DNA from: an uncultured Verrucomicrobiae bacterium
GTDB taxonomy: Bacteria; Verrucomicrobiota; Verrucomicrobiia; Limisphaerales; Palsa-1400
Assembly: GCA_963707025.1 (NCBI GenBank)
Contig: CAVPOM010000003.1
Span: forward strand, 1 to 64,000
Length of the DNA stretch: 64,000 bases
Direction of reading: 5' to 3'
How positions within the stretch are numbered: the first letter of the stretch is position 1; every line of letters starts with the position of its first letter. This document shows, piece after piece, positions 39,931 to 50,054 of this stretch. The notes below the pieces were generated by a model, which was not told the DNA's origin, searched no databases, and saw nothing but the letters and a program-made list of their open reading frames with translations. A program made the position numbers and the translations under genes.

Positions 39931-40659
39931 ATGAATGCCGACCAGTTTTGGCAGATCATCGAGGCGACAAGCGCCGCCACACAGGAGGAACAGCTTGAGA
40001 AATTCCGGGGCGAGCTTAGGCGTCTGACCCCGGATGACCTGATTGAGTTCGAGCGTCAGTTCGTTGAGCGACAATTCGCGGCCTACAACTGGGACTTGTG
40101 GCTGGTAGCGTGGCTCTGTCAGGGCGGCTGGTTCTCTGACGACCGTTTTTCCGATTTTCGCTGGTGGTTAATTTCGCGCGGTCGCGCAACCTACGAGAAA
40201 GCCATGGCCGACGCGGATGCACTTGCTGATGAGATGCGCCATACGCAGGACCCGGACTTTGAGTTGTTTGGTTACGTTCCCGGCGAGATCTACCGCAGCA
40301 TGACCGGTAGGGAGTTCCCAGAATTTGGATTCCAGCACCCGAAAGAGCCGCTTGGCGGCGACTGGCTGCGCCCCGAATTAAAGGACCGTAGTGGCAGCAG
40401 GTTGCTCAATCGTTGTGGCGTCTTCAATGACATGGGAGACCAAGAATACTCAGCCATTGAGCGGCGTTTTCCCCGAGTTTGGGCGTTATGCGTCCAGAGA
40501 GGCATAATCACGGCTGGCGCAAAGGCAGCACCGGGCACCATTCCCACGCCGCAGGAAGTGGCGGCGACGGTGGACCTGAAGCTGGAGAAGACTGATTTCG
40601 CGGCTTATCTCAAGGCGCCCGGAGATGCGGCACGCCAAGCATATAAACCGAAGGATTGA
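39931..40659 (+). CDS. DUF4240-domain protein
   Basis: MNADQFWQIIE, SDDRFSDFRWWLISRGRATYEKA. Confidence 0.75.
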   Translation: MNADQFWQIIEATSAATQEEQLEKFRGELRRLTPDDLIEFERQFVERQFAAYNWDLWLVAWLCQGGWFSDDRFSDFRWWLISRGRATYEKAMADADALADEMRHTQDPDFELFGYVPGEIYRSMTGREFPEFGFQHPKEPLGGDWLRPELKDRSGSRLLNRCGVFNDMGDQEYSAIERRFPRVWALCVQRGIITAGAKAAPGTIPTPQEVAATVDLKLEKTDFAAYLKAPGDAARQAYKPKD

Positions 40660-40724
40660 AAACGTTTCCGTGTTAATGGAGGACTTCAAGTGGCATTTCC
40701 TGCTGATAGATAACGCACCGGCTC

Positions 40725-41483
40725 TTACCCAGGTGGCGGCTTGATTTTGTCCAAGACGGATCGCTTGAACCAGGCGGGTATCTGGTCTGATTTCAGGTCC
40801 AGGACCCTGCCATCGGTGATTTCCGCAAGCCAAGTGTGCTTCCTGTCCTCGTTTTCACCCGAGTTGTCAAACACATAAGCGCGGTTCGTATGCCGTATGG
40901 CTTCCATCAACAAATCCAGTGAACGGTAGAAACGCTTCACGATGCGGTCTTCCGGCACACCGTGCCCGCCCATTTTAACCCGGTTGCGCACGCGCGAAAT
41001 ATTGATGTCCGGATCCTCTGTCGCGACGAAGTACAAATAGGTCCGATAGCCCTCCGACTGCGCCTTGGCCAGCAACTCCACTTTGCTTGGATGCGACATC
41101 ACCGTCTCAAACGTGAAGGACACTTTCTGGACCAGCAGTTTTTGGCGGACAAAATCGCCCGCCACAGATGCAAAATAAGAATTGACCGCCACCTTCCCGA
41201 ATTCCAGCCGCCCATTCGCAAAGCCGAGTTGTTGAGCAGCGTCGCCAAACCCAGCGGAAACCAAAAGCGAAGAACCCTTGAAGAACGGCAGCACCTCATC
41301 GGCCATCGTCGTCACCCCATAAGCCGCGAAATGCAGAAAACCCTGCCTGTGGATTTCCTGCTCGATCTCATCTGGATTCAAATACACGCCCAACAGTTCC
41401 TTGGGCAGGGAGGACCTCAGTGTGCTTTTGCCCGAACCGTTCGGCCCGGCGAACATCCGGAGGCGTGGCGTGGGCGAACTCAC
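40725..41483 (-). CDS. Zeta-toxin-like P-loop kinase/ATPase
   Basis: FAGPNGSGKST, YLNPDE, FTFETVMSH, RVRNRVKMGGH.VPED.I..R..RSL, VFDNSG. Confidence 0.8.
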   Translation of the reverse strand: MSSPTPRLRMFAGPNGSGKSTLRSSLPKELLGVYLNPDEIEQEIHRQGFLHFAAYGVTTMADEVLPFFKGSSLLVSAGFGDAAQQLGFANGRLEFGKVAVNSYFASVAGDFVRQKLLVQKVSFTFETVMSHPSKVELLAKAQSEGYRTYLYFVATEDPDINISRVRNRVKMGGHGVPEDRIVKRFYRSLDLLMEAIRHTNRAYVFDNSGENEDRKHTWLAEITDGRVLDLKSDQIPAWFKRSVLDKIKPPPG

Positions 41484-41707
41484 CGGATGGTGATTTTGCG
41501 ACCGGGCACGACAGGTGTTGGGGGAGCGATCTTTTTCACTAGAACGCGCTGTCCATTGGGGAAAACCTCGTAAATATAACCTTGCTCAGATTGCAGCACA
41601 CTTTGTCCGGAAGCCAAAATTTGCTCACGGGCAGCAGCAAAGGCCGAACCAGATAGGGCGGGAAACTGACTTTCCAATAATTCAATGTTGGTCTCTTGGT
41701 CTGGCAT
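41480..41707 (-). CDS. Small hypothetical protein, putative antitoxin of the zeta-like kinase
   Basis: 75 aa, GTGA overlap with the downstream kinase gene, AT-rich promoter with TATAAT upstream. Confidence 0.6.
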   Translation of the reverse strand: MPDQETNIELLESQFPALSGSAFAAAREQILASGQSVLQSEQGYIYEVFPNGQRVLVKKIAPPTPVVPGRKITIR

Positions 41708-41794
41708 AACGAATCTTTCTTAAATAATTATACTCCGCAAAATGGTTCAGAGCAATTGGCTTCTTCTTGAAGCGCCCGATCGTCTCGCCAGCGC

Positions 41795-42439
41795 TTATCC
41801 GGGCGGCAGGGCGCGGGACTGGTGCATGCGCTCGGCGGCGATGATGCATTCCATGCGGCGCAGGTCCTCGGCGATGGTGGTGCTGAGGATGAGGTATTGG
41901 AAGTTCCGCCACCGGGCAATCTCCGTGCGGGCCACGCTAAGGCGCTGCTCCAGGACGGCCCCGGTGTCGGTGGCTCTTTTGCGCAGCCGCCCTTCCAGTT
42001 CGGCCAACGAGGCGGGGGTGAGAAAGACGGTGACCAGGGCGCGCGACAAGTCGTTGTTGTTGACGGCAGTGGAGCAAATGCTGGCGGCGCCCTGCACATC
42101 AATGTTGAGGAGGACATCGCGGCCCTGGCCAAGGCGTTCCAGGACCTCGGGTTTTGGGGTGCCGTAGGATTGGCCATAGACGCTGGCGTGCTCCAAAAAG
42201 CCGCCCTCCGCCACGCGCCGGGCAAAGGCGGCGGGATCGAGAAAATAATAGTCCACGCCGTCGCGCTCGCCCGGGCGCGGGGGGCGGGTGGTGCAGGTGA
42301 TGGCGCGGGTCATTTCCGGATGGATGGCCAGAAGCTGCTGGCACAAGGTGGTTTTTCCGCCGCCGGAGGGGGCGGAGATCAGGATCAACAGGGGCGCCGC
42401 CGGATTGCGGGGGACGGAGGCTGGCGGGGGCTGGATCAT
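41795..42439 (-). CDS. gmk: Guanylate kinase
   Basis: ISAPSGGGKTT, TTRPPRPGERDGVDYYF, IDVQGA. Confidence 0.95.
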   Translation of the reverse strand: MIQPPPASVPRNPAAPLLILISAPSGGGKTTLCQQLLAIHPEMTRAITCTTRPPRPGERDGVDYYFLDPAAFARRVAEGGFLEHASVYGQSYGTPKPEVLERLGQGRDVLLNIDVQGAASICSTAVNNNDLSRALVTVFLTPASLAELEGRLRKRATDTGAVLEQRLSVARTEIARWRNFQYLILSTTIAEDLRRMECIIAAERMHQSRALPPG

Positions 42440-43314
42440 TCGACGTTTTGGACTTGCTCGCGGAATTTTTCCAGTTCGGCTTTGAGCCGGACGACTTCGC
42501 GGGAAATGAGGGCGTTGTTGGCCTTGGAACCGAGGGTGTTGATTTCGCGGTTGATTTCCTGGGAGAGAAAATCGAGGGTGCGGCCGACCGGTTCGGCGGA
42601 TTTGAGGCAGTCGTCGAACTGCTGGAAATGGCTTTGCAGGCGGGTCAATTCTTCGGTCACGTCGGAGCGGTCGGCGAAATAGAAGACTTCCTTGAGCAGG
42701 CGCTCCTCATCGAGTCCCGGGGTGGGCAGGCCGGCGCCCTGGATGCGTTGCAGCAATTGGGCGCGATAGTGTTGGACGGCGCCCGGGACGAGGCGTTGGA
42801 CACGGGCCACGCCGCGGCGCATTTGGGTCACGCGGCGTTTCAAATCCCTGGCCAGGAAGGCGCCTTCGCGCTGGCGCATTTGCAGCATCATGTCCAGGGC
42901 GGCGTTGAGGGCGCCGGAGGTCGCGGGCCAAAGCTCCTCCGCCTCGGAGATTTCCCGGGCCGGTTGCACCACGCCGGGAAGGCGGGCCAGCAAATCCAGG
43001 GTGATGTGATCGGGCAGGCCAAGGTCCTTGCCCAGGCGGCGGAGGTCGCGGGCGTAAGACCGGGCCAGGGGCAGGTCCACGCCCGTTTTGCCGGCCAGGC
43101 CGGGAGCGCTCTGCACGGCGAGGCGGACCGAGACGCGCCCGCGGGAAACGCGGCGGTTGATTTCCTCGCGGATTTGGGCTTCCAGGACTTCCAGGTCGCG
43201 GGGGAGGTTGACGGCGACTTCGGTTTGCTTGCGGTTGACGGAGCTGACCTCGACGGTGATTTTAAGGCCGCGCCGGGCGCCTTCGCCCCGCCCATAGCCG
43301 GTCATGGATTTCAT
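42436..43314 (-). CDS. yicC: YicC/YloC-family endoribonuclease
   Basis: MKSMTGYG, SVN, DVTEELTRLQSH, GRTLDFLSQEINREINTLGSK, REQVQNVE. Confidence 0.95.
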   Translation of the reverse strand: MKSMTGYGRGEGARRGLKITVEVSSVNRKQTEVAVNLPRDLEVLEAQIREEINRRVSRGRVSVRLAVQSAPGLAGKTGVDLPLARSYARDLRRLGKDLGLPDHITLDLLARLPGVVQPAREISEAEELWPATSGALNAALDMMLQMRQREGAFLARDLKRRVTQMRRGVARVQRLVPGAVQHYRAQLLQRIQGAGLPTPGLDEERLLKEVFYFADRSDVTEELTRLQSHFQQFDDCLKSAEPVGRTLDFLSQEINREINTLGSKANNALISREVVRLKAELEKFREQVQNVE

Positions 43315-43331
43315 GGCAAAGGAGCGGAAGG

Positions 43332-44621
43332 TCAACGTTTGACGAAGGCGGGGAGGTAGATGTTGAAGCGGGTGCCTTCGCCTGGATTGGACTGGATGTA
43401 CAAACAGCCGCGGGCCTCTTTGAGGAGGCGCTGGACGATCGCCAAGCCCAGGCCGGTGCCCTTGCCCGGCGGTTTGGTGGTGAAGTAGGGCTTGAAGAGT
43501 TTGCTCATGACTTCCGGGGGAATGCCCGGGCCGTCATCCCAGACGGAAACGTGCAGAATGGGGGCGGTGTTTTTGAAACCCTCGCTGTTCAGCGCCCGTT
43601 CATGGGGGCCTTCGTGGAATTGGGCGGCGTCCACGGGGGCGTGCAGGACTTTGCAGACGATGTCCACGGCGTGGGGCGAGGGAGTGCTTTGCAGGGCGTT
43701 GATGGCGAGGTTGAGGAGGATTTGGATGAAGTCGGTGCCGTTGATCTGGAGTTCGACGTTCTCGGCCACCGCCTGGATCTTCAAGCGGTTGCTGCCCTTG
43801 CTGGGATGGACGTTGAGCAATTCGCGCAAGTCGTCCAAAATCTGGTTGACGCTGACCCAGGAGGCGGTGCTGCCCTGCTGGCGCATGAAATTGAGGTAGC
43901 GATGGGAGATGTCAATGCAGTTGCTGACCTGGCGGGTGATGCGGCGCAGACGGTCCTTGACCATTTCCAGGTCTTCGCCTTCGAGTTGATGGGACTCGCC
44001 GACGCGCTGGTTGATGATCTGGATGAAGCCGGAGATAATGGTGAGGGGGCCGTTGATGTCGTGGATGATGCTGGCGTAGATTTCGCCGCGGGTGCGGGCG
44101 ATTTCCTCCTGCAGTTTCTGATTGTGCAGTTCGGACTGGAGGCCCTGGAGTTTTTCGTTGTTGCTGTGGATTTCGTCGGTGAGGGAGTGGCGCTCCATGG
44201 CGGTGGCGACGGCCTTGCGGATGGTGGCGATATCGAAGGGTTTGTTGAGATAATCGCAGGCCCCCAGGCGGAGGGCGCGGCGAATGGTGTCCACCGTCTC
44301 GTAAGCGGTCAGCATGATGACTTCGATGGAGGGCTGGATGGCCTTGAGCTTTTCCAGGACTTCCGTGCCGGTCATGCCGGTCATGCGGATGTCCACGACG
44401 GCGGCGTTGATTTTATGCTGTTTGGCCAGTTCGAGGGCGCGGGCGCCGTCGGGGGCAATGAGCAAATTATAATCTTCCTTGAAAACGACGCGCAGGGATT
44501 GCCGCGGCCCTTCTTCGTCGTCCACGATGAGGAGGGTGGGGCGCGGCCGTTCTGGCAAGGGGCCGCCGGGATCAGAAATGCCAGGCGATGTTGAAGGAGA
44601 GAGCATTGCTGAAGAATTCAT
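43332..44621 (-). CDS. Hybrid response regulator / histidine kinase
   Basis: REC (LIVDDE, DIRM, DYLNKPF) plus HDINGPL, NLAINALQ, DDGPGI, GTGLGL. Confidence 0.9.
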   Translation of the reverse strand: MNSSAMLSPSTSPGISDPGGPLPERPRPTLLIVDDEEGPRQSLRVVFKEDYNLLIAPDGARALELAKQHKINAAVVDIRMTGMTGTEVLEKLKAIQPSIEVIMLTAYETVDTIRRALRLGACDYLNKPFDIATIRKAVATAMERHSLTDEIHSNNEKLQGLQSELHNQKLQEEIARTRGEIYASIIHDINGPLTIISGFIQIINQRVGESHQLEGEDLEMVKDRLRRITRQVSNCIDISHRYLNFMRQQGSTASWVSVNQILDDLRELLNVHPSKGSNRLKIQAVAENVELQINGTDFIQILLNLAINALQSTPSPHAVDIVCKVLHAPVDAAQFHEGPHERALNSEGFKNTAPILHVSVWDDGPGIPPEVMSKLFKPYFTTKPPGKGTGLGLAIVQRLLKEARGCLYIQSNPGEGTRFNIYLPAFVKR

Positions 44622-45864
44622 AGCTGCCGTTGTAAAAAGGGCTGGTGTCGCCGGAAATGGAACGGGAGGGGCCGATGCCCAGTTGGTAGGCGGCGTCCCA
44701 ACTGAGGTGGTGGCCGGCTTTGCCCAGGCCGACGCTGAACAAATGGCGGTCGGAATCGGGGATCAAGGCGTTGAAGAAGCTGTCGGGGCTGGAATTCTCG
44801 CTGTACATGTAGCCGGCGCTGGCACGCCAGCCGGCGCCAAAATAGCGGGTGGCCCCCAGTTCGTAAATGGTGCTGGGTTTCCAATTGAAAGCCAGTGTCC
44901 CGGCGGGGACGGGGCCGGTTTGGATGGGGGCGTTGCGCAGGCTGGACCAATCGGACCAATCGGCGTCCACTTCCAGATTCCATTTCGGGGTCGGGCGGAA
45001 GGAATAGCCTCCGGCCAGGGTTTGGGGCAAATGGAAGTTCAAGGCGGCCGCTTGCGATGGGAAGGGCAGGCCCATAAAACTAACATGGCCGTTGTAGTTC
45101 ATGTCGGTGGCACTGCGGTATGTCACACCGAAGGAATGCTCTGGCAATGGATGCCAAAGGATGGCCGCGTTAAAGCCGGCGTTGGTGTCGCGTCCATGCA
45201 GGGAAATGCCGGGGACGCTGGTTTTCAGTTCGGCCTGGGAATAATCGAGCAAGGCTCCAACGGCGATGGAAAAGGTGTCGCAAGGCTGCCAGGCCAGGAC
45301 GGGATTGGCCCGGATGTAGGTAATGGAGCCGTCCTGGCCGGCCGGGGACCACGGGGCTTTATTGGGCCATTCCATGGACAGGCCGTAAGGGGAATAAACG
45401 CCCAAGCCAGCGGCGAGATGATAATTGGTGAAACTCATGGTGGAAAAGGTCTGCGGCAGCGCGCCCCATTCCTGCTGGCTGTTGATGCCCGAACCGGCCG
45501 GGCTGGTGAAACGGGAGGCGTATTGGATGCCGTACATGCCCAGGGAAAAGTTGGCGCCATCCAACTGGGTGATGCCGGCCGGGTTGTAGTAGATGGCGGC
45601 GGGATCGTTGGCCGTGGCGGCGAAGGCATTGCCCCGCGCGGTGGCAAAGGCGTCCTGGTCCGGCAGGCGGATGCCCAGGGCCAACAGGGAGGCCGGATGG
45701 GCCAGGGCGCAAAGCAAACAGCAGACCAGGAGCGCGACGCCGAATTTGGGTCGTTTCGCGGTTTTCAAGTTTTTGACTTTCTTGGGTTGACGGTTGACGC
45801 CAAGTAGTTGTGGCAAAGAACCGGTCTTTTCACAAGAATAAACTTGCCATAAGAATTTCTGCAC
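44572..45864 (-). CDS. OmpP1/FadL-family outer membrane transporter; start uncertain
   Basis: ARGNAFAATANDPAAIYYNPAGITQL, PYGL, IPDSDR, C-terminal aromatic WHF. Confidence 0.9.
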   Translation of the reverse strand: MQKFLWQVYSCEKTGSLPQLLGVNRQPKKVKNLKTAKRPKFGVALLVCCLLCALAHPASLLALGIRLPDQDAFATARGNAFAATANDPAAIYYNPAGITQLDGANFSLGMYGIQYASRFTSPAGSGINSQQEWGALPQTFSTMSFTNYHLAAGLGVYSPYGLSMEWPNKAPWSPAGQDGSITYIRANPVLAWQPCDTFSIAVGALLDYSQAELKTSVPGISLHGRDTNAGFNAAILWHPLPEHSFGVTYRSATDMNYNGHVSFMGLPFPSQAAALNFHLPQTLAGGYSFRPTPKWNLEVDADWSDWSSLRNAPIQTGPVPAGTLAFNWKPSTIYELGATRYFGAGWRASAGYMYSENSSPDSFFNALIPDSDRHLFSVGLGKAGHHLSWDAAYQLGIGPSRSISGDTSPFYNGSYEFFSNALSFNIAWHF

Positions 45865-45911
45865 AGGCCGGTTGGGATTAAGATTAGGATCAAGATTAAG
45901 AAAATTATGGG

Positions 45912-46946
45912 TCAGCGGGACAGAAAGGCGTAAGCGGCGGGGGTGCGGGCGATTTTCATGAACTTCATGTTGTAGTGCTCGGGGGCGTCAATGTCGGCAA
46001 ACAGGCCGCTTTCCAGGACCCGGCGCAGATGGGCCACCTCAGCCCGGATGGAGCTGACGGGTTTGTAGCCCAGCACGCTGAGAATCTTTTTTGAGGAGAT
46101 GTGATAGTCGCGCTGGTCCAGGGTGTCGGTGATTTGGATGGCGACGTTGAGATCGGCCAGCTCGGCTTGGATGAGGCGGGCGATTTCAATGACTTTGTGG
46201 TTCTCGAATCCGAAATTGAAGGTGCGGCCGTTGACCAGCGCGGGGTCGGTCTCCACCAGCATTGCGTAAAGATTGATGACGTTGGCCATGCCCACGTTGG
46301 GCCGCCGCTGCTGGCCGCCGTGGACGGTGATGACGCGCTTGCGGATGGCGTCGGCGGTGAGTTTGTTGACGGTCAGATCAAAGCGCTGGCGCGGGGAATA
46401 GCCGCAGATGGTGGCCGGGCGGATGTTGACGGCGCAGAAATCGGGCGAGGCGGCGGCGGCCACGAGCCATTCGGCGAGCATTTTGTTTTTGGAATAGGAG
46501 GTCAGCGGCTCCGGCTCCAGTTGCTCGGTGACGTCGGCGGCGTCTTTGATGCCGAAGACGCTGCTGGAGGAGGCGTTGATGAAGCGGCGCACGCCGCAGG
46601 CGCGGGCCAGGGCCAGGAGCAGGCCCACGGCATCGAAGTTGACCTGGCGGGTGAGGATTTCGTCTATTTCGCCGGTGGGATCGTTGGAAATGGCGGCGAG
46701 GTGAATGACGGTGTCCACGCCGGCGAGGGCCTGGCGGACGGCGGCGGGATCGCGGATGTCGCCTTCCAGCAATTCGAAGCGCGAACTCCAGGCGGAAAAC
46801 TTGGGATTCTTCCTGAGCGCGTCCAGCCCGGCCGGAGTGTAAAGCATCAGGTCCAGCACGCGCACGCTGTGGCCCAGTTCCAGCAGGTGGGGCGTCAGGC
46901 GGCTGCCGACGTAACCAAATCCGCCGGTGACAAGAATTTTTTTCAT
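45912..46946 (-). CDS. NAD-dependent nucleotide-sugar epimerase/dehydratase
   Basis: ILVTGGFGYVG, HLAAISNDP, YSKNK, RPATICGYSPRQRFDL. Confidence 0.9.
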   Translation of the reverse strand: MKKILVTGGFGYVGSRLTPHLLELGHSVRVLDLMLYTPAGLDALRKNPKFSAWSSRFELLEGDIRDPAAVRQALAGVDTVIHLAAISNDPTGEIDEILTRQVNFDAVGLLLALARACGVRRFINASSSSVFGIKDAADVTEQLEPEPLTSYSKNKMLAEWLVAAAASPDFCAVNIRPATICGYSPRQRFDLTVNKLTADAIRKRVITVHGGQQRRPNVGMANVINLYAMLVETDPALVNGRTFNFGFENHKVIEIARLIQAELADLNVAIQITDTLDQRDYHISSKKILSVLGYKPVSSIRAEVAHLRRVLESGLFADIDAPEHYNMKFMKIARTPAAYAFLSR

Positions 46947-46948
46947 GG

Positions 46949-47951
46949 CTACGGTTTGTGAATGTAATCGCAGGGTTGTCTTTTCAGTTCTGCGAGATTT
47001 TTTTCGACCCAGGCGATGGTTTCGTCAATGCCCTGATCGAAGGTGACCTGGTCCTTCCAGCCCAGGACGGACCGGGCCTTGGCGCTGTCCAGAAGATAGG
47101 CGGCGTCCTTGCCCGGACGGTCGCCCACGATTTGGACAACTTGGGAGAAATCGGCGCCCAGGCGGCGGCAAATCCGTTCGACCAGGTTGCGGATGGAAAG
47201 AGAAAGGTCCGTGGAAATATGCCAGGCTTCCCCGGGCGGAGACTGGCGGGCGGCGCGCCAGGTGGCTTTCGGCGACGTCGCGGGCATGGATGAAGCAGCG
47301 CACGGAACGGCCGCCGCCGTGGAGTTGCAGGACGCGGCCGGTTTTGACGAAGAAAACGGTGCGGGGCACGATGCGATAGAGTTGCTGGCCCGGCCCATAG
47401 ACGTTGGCGGCGCGGGTGAAGACGACAGGGAAATGATAATTTTTGAAGAAAGTCATGAGGTGGAGATCACAGGCGGCGCGGGAGGCGGCGTAAGGGGTGC
47501 TGGGATTAAAGGGGGCGTTTTCGGTCACGTTGCCCGTGCAGCTTCCATAGACTTCCGGGGTGGAGATGTGGACGTATTTTTTGAGGAAAGGGAAATGGCG
47601 GAGCTTTTCGTGGAGGCGGACGTTGGCGACGACATTGGTGTTGTACCATTGGTCGGGGTAAAGCCAGCTTTCGGCGACCATGCTTTGGGCGGCGAAGTTG
47701 ACAACGCAGGCCGGTTGGAAATCCGCGATGGCCTGGGCGATGCGGTCGGTGTCGTGGTTGAGGTCCAGTTGGGCGAAATGGAAGCGGCCGGTGGCCGGGG
47801 CGGGGCGGGTCCATTTGTAGGGGAGGAAGGCGGGGGCAGGCTCGGGCGAGCGGCTGCAGGCCATGACCTCGCAACCCAGCGAGAGGAGGTAATCCACAAA
47901 GGTCGCCCCGGTGAAGGAGTTGCTGCCTATGACATAGACTTTTTCGCTCAT
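46949..47951 (-). CDS. dTDP-glucose 4,6-dehydratase-like protein; 1-nt frameshift near 47268
   Basis: VIGSNSFTG, NFAAQSMV, STPEVYG, PYAASR, NVYGPGQ; C-terminus (DRPGKD.AY.LD) in the next frame; removing one A gives DVAEATWR. Confidence 0.85.
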
Positions 47952-48058
47952 GTTTGAGCCGGGCATGGTTTCATGTTTGAGCCGGGTTTGCCAATGTTTT
48001 TTGGCGGTGTGGAAGGAAATTGGGCGCAACTTGACGCTGCTGCCGGGCTTAGCCGCAA

Positions 48059-48160
48059 AAATGCCGCCCGTCCCCGGGCGCAGCACCGTCCGGACTTCCG
48101 CCGCGCCCGACAAATCCCGAAGCCGCCGTGTTTGTGCCTGATGCTGCGCCCGAGGACGGG
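48059..48160. repeat. REP doublet copy 4, left part (interrupted by the IS; remainder at 50064-50083)
   Basis: Reverse-complement near-copy of 1210-1319; continues as CGCACTCCTTC after the IS. Confidence 0.85.
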
Positions 48161-48169
48161 GAATGGCGC

Positions 48170-48517
48170 TTAAATAAGACCTAAAACTTTCTTACCCAGC
48201 CTCTTACGACGCGGGGGATGCGGGATGGTTTCAAACAAGACCTGACGGCTCAAGCGTTGCATGGCTTTGATGGTGGCTTGCACCTCCCGCCACTCGGCAA
48301 TGGCGTCATGGAGCCACTCATATTGTTCTTTGGAGAGAGCGACACTGACCGTTTTGCCTTTGACCTTGCGGGTCCACTGATAACAAGGGCCGCCTGCTCC
48401 GGGGCCGCGGTCTTGCACGTAGCCCTCGCTGATCCAGCCGGTTCTGGCCAGCCGGTCGCGTAATTGGGCGTATTGGGCCTGCCATTGGGCTGGCCGGGTT
48501 GTTTTGTGAGTCGGCAT
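48170..48517 (-). CDS. Small basic IS accessory protein (DUF6788-like)
   Basis: 115 aa, GPCYQWTRKVKGKTVSVALS motif; stop codon lies in the left TIR; family name from memory. Confidence 0.7.
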   Translation of the reverse strand: MPTHKTTRPAQWQAQYAQLRDRLARTGWISEGYVQDRGPGAGGPCYQWTRKVKGKTVSVALSKEQYEWLHDAIAEWREVQATIKAMQRLSRQVLFETIPHPPRRKRLGKKVLGLI

Positions 48518-48542
48518 AAAGAAAAGAGTAGCAGACGTGTCA

Positions 48543-48568
48543 ATAAGGCGGTATATATACCGCCTTAT
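48543..48568. promoter_or_regulatory. Perfect 26-bp palindrome between the two IS genes
   Basis: ATAAGGCGGTATA|TATACCGCCTTAT; overlaps the transposase ATG at 48567. Confidence 0.8.
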
Positions 48569-50054
48569 GCCCGACACCCCCTTCTTCCCGGCCTGGCGGC
48601 CCCGTCTGGCGGCGGCGGGCCGCCGCTGTGCCCACAGCCTGGCGCGCCTCCGTCACGCCACCTTGAGTCAGATCGAGGACCGCCTGGCTCCCGCCTTGCC
48701 CACCGACCTCCTGCGAAAACCGGCCGCCGGCGACTACTCCCGCGAGCAGGTTTACACTCTGGTTCGCACCTGGTGGTGCTGGGTCTGGCCAGTCTTCCAA
48801 GCCAACACTTCCTGCCGCCACGTCGTCCTTCAGGTGCAGGCCCTGCTGGCCTTGGTCCAAGGCCCGGAACCGGAGCCGGACAGCAGCGCCTATTGCCAGG
48901 CCCGCGCCAAACTCCCCCTGGCCTTGCTGGAGCAAGCCTTCGCGGCCAGCGCCGACAGCGCCGAAAAGCGCGCCCCGGCCAGTACGCTGCTACAGGGCCG
49001 CCCGTTGAAAGCGGTCGATGGCAGCGGCACCCACCTGCCCGACACCCCGGCCAATCGGGCGGCCTTTCCCCCCAGCCAAAGCCTGCAGCCCGGCGGCGGC
49101 TTTCCCCACCTGCGCGTGGTGGCTCTGTTCTCCGCCGCCAGCGGCGCCCTTTTGGCCAAAGCCACCGGCAGCCTGCGCTCCTCCGAACTGGCTCTGTTTC
49201 TCCACGGCTTGCGCTCGGCTTTGCACCCCGGCGACATCCTCTTGGGCGACCGCGCCTATGGGGTTTATATTATCGCCGCCGTCCTCCAACTCCTGGGCGT
49301 GGATTTGCTCGCGCGGGTCTCCGTGCGCAACCGCAAGGTGGATTTCCGCCAGGCCCGCCAACGCCTGGGTCACTGGGACGCGCTCTTTACCTGGTCCAAA
49401 CCCGGCCGGCCTTCGCCCCTGCTTTCGTTCCTGGAATGGCTCGGACTGCCGCCGCAGATCACGGTGCGGGTGCTGCGCGCGCGCCTGAGCCGGGCCGGCT
49501 TCCGCACCCGCCACCTGACCCTGGTCACGACCCTGTTGGATGCGGCGCTTTTTCCAGCGGAGGAACTGGCGGCCGCTTATGCCCGGCGCTGGCGCATGGA
49601 ACTGTGCCTGGACGATCTCAAAACCACCCTGGGCATGCAGAGCCTGCATTGCCTCTGTCCCCGCATGGTGGAGAAAGAACTCCTGCTCTTCCTCACCGCC
49701 CATAATTTCCTGCGCTGGATCATGGCCGAAGCCGCGCAAAGCCAGAACGTGGACTTGGATCGGATCAGTTTCAAAGGCAGCCTGGACGCCTTCCGGCAAT
49801 GGACGCAGGCACTGGCACAACTCGGACACGCCCGGAACAAAGGGGGACGGCGCCGCCAATTATGGCAGCGGCTGCTCCGAAGGCTGGCGACCGATCTGGT
49901 GCCCAGGCGTCCGGGAAGAGCGGAGCCGCGCGCTGTCAAGAAACGATCCAAATACCCCCATTTGAACAAATCGCGGCATCAATACCGCCAGCCCTGGAGC
50001 CGCAATAAACGCCGCCGTCTGGCCCGGGCCAAAAGAAAGGCTTCCCTTATTTAA
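48567..50054 (+). CDS. IS4-family DDE transposase
   Basis: SAYCQARAKLP, AVDGS, LGDRAY, YREK signature Y-AR-R-WRM-E-LCLDDL-K, RPGRAEPRAVK. Confidence 0.95.
   Translation: MPDTPFFPAWRPRLAAAGRRCAHSLARLRHATLSQIEDRLAPALPTDLLRKPAAGDYSREQVYTLVRTWWCWVWPVFQANTSCRHVVLQVQALLALVQGPEPEPDSSAYCQARAKLPLALLEQAFAASADSAEKRAPASTLLQGRPLKAVDGSGTHLPDTPANRAAFPPSQSLQPGGGFPHLRVVALFSAASGALLAKATGSLRSSELALFLHGLRSALHPGDILLGDRAYGVYIIAAVLQLLGVDLLARVSVRNRKVDFRQARQRLGHWDALFTWSKPGRPSPLLSFLEWLGLPPQITVRVLRARLSRAGFRTRHLTLVTTLLDAALFPAEELAAAYARRWRMELCLDDLKTTLGMQSLHCLCPRMVEKELLLFLTAHNFLRWIMAEAAQSQNVDLDRISFKGSLDAFRQWTQALAQLGHARNKGGRRRQLWQRLLRRLATDLVPRRPGRAEPRAVKKRSKYPHLNKSRHQYRQPWSRNKRRRLARAKRKASLI

Noticed and set aside
47948..47986. 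16-bp direct repeat TCATGTTTGAGCCGGG at the dehydratase start
   Set aside because: Two copies only; most simply a small local duplication with no evidence of function
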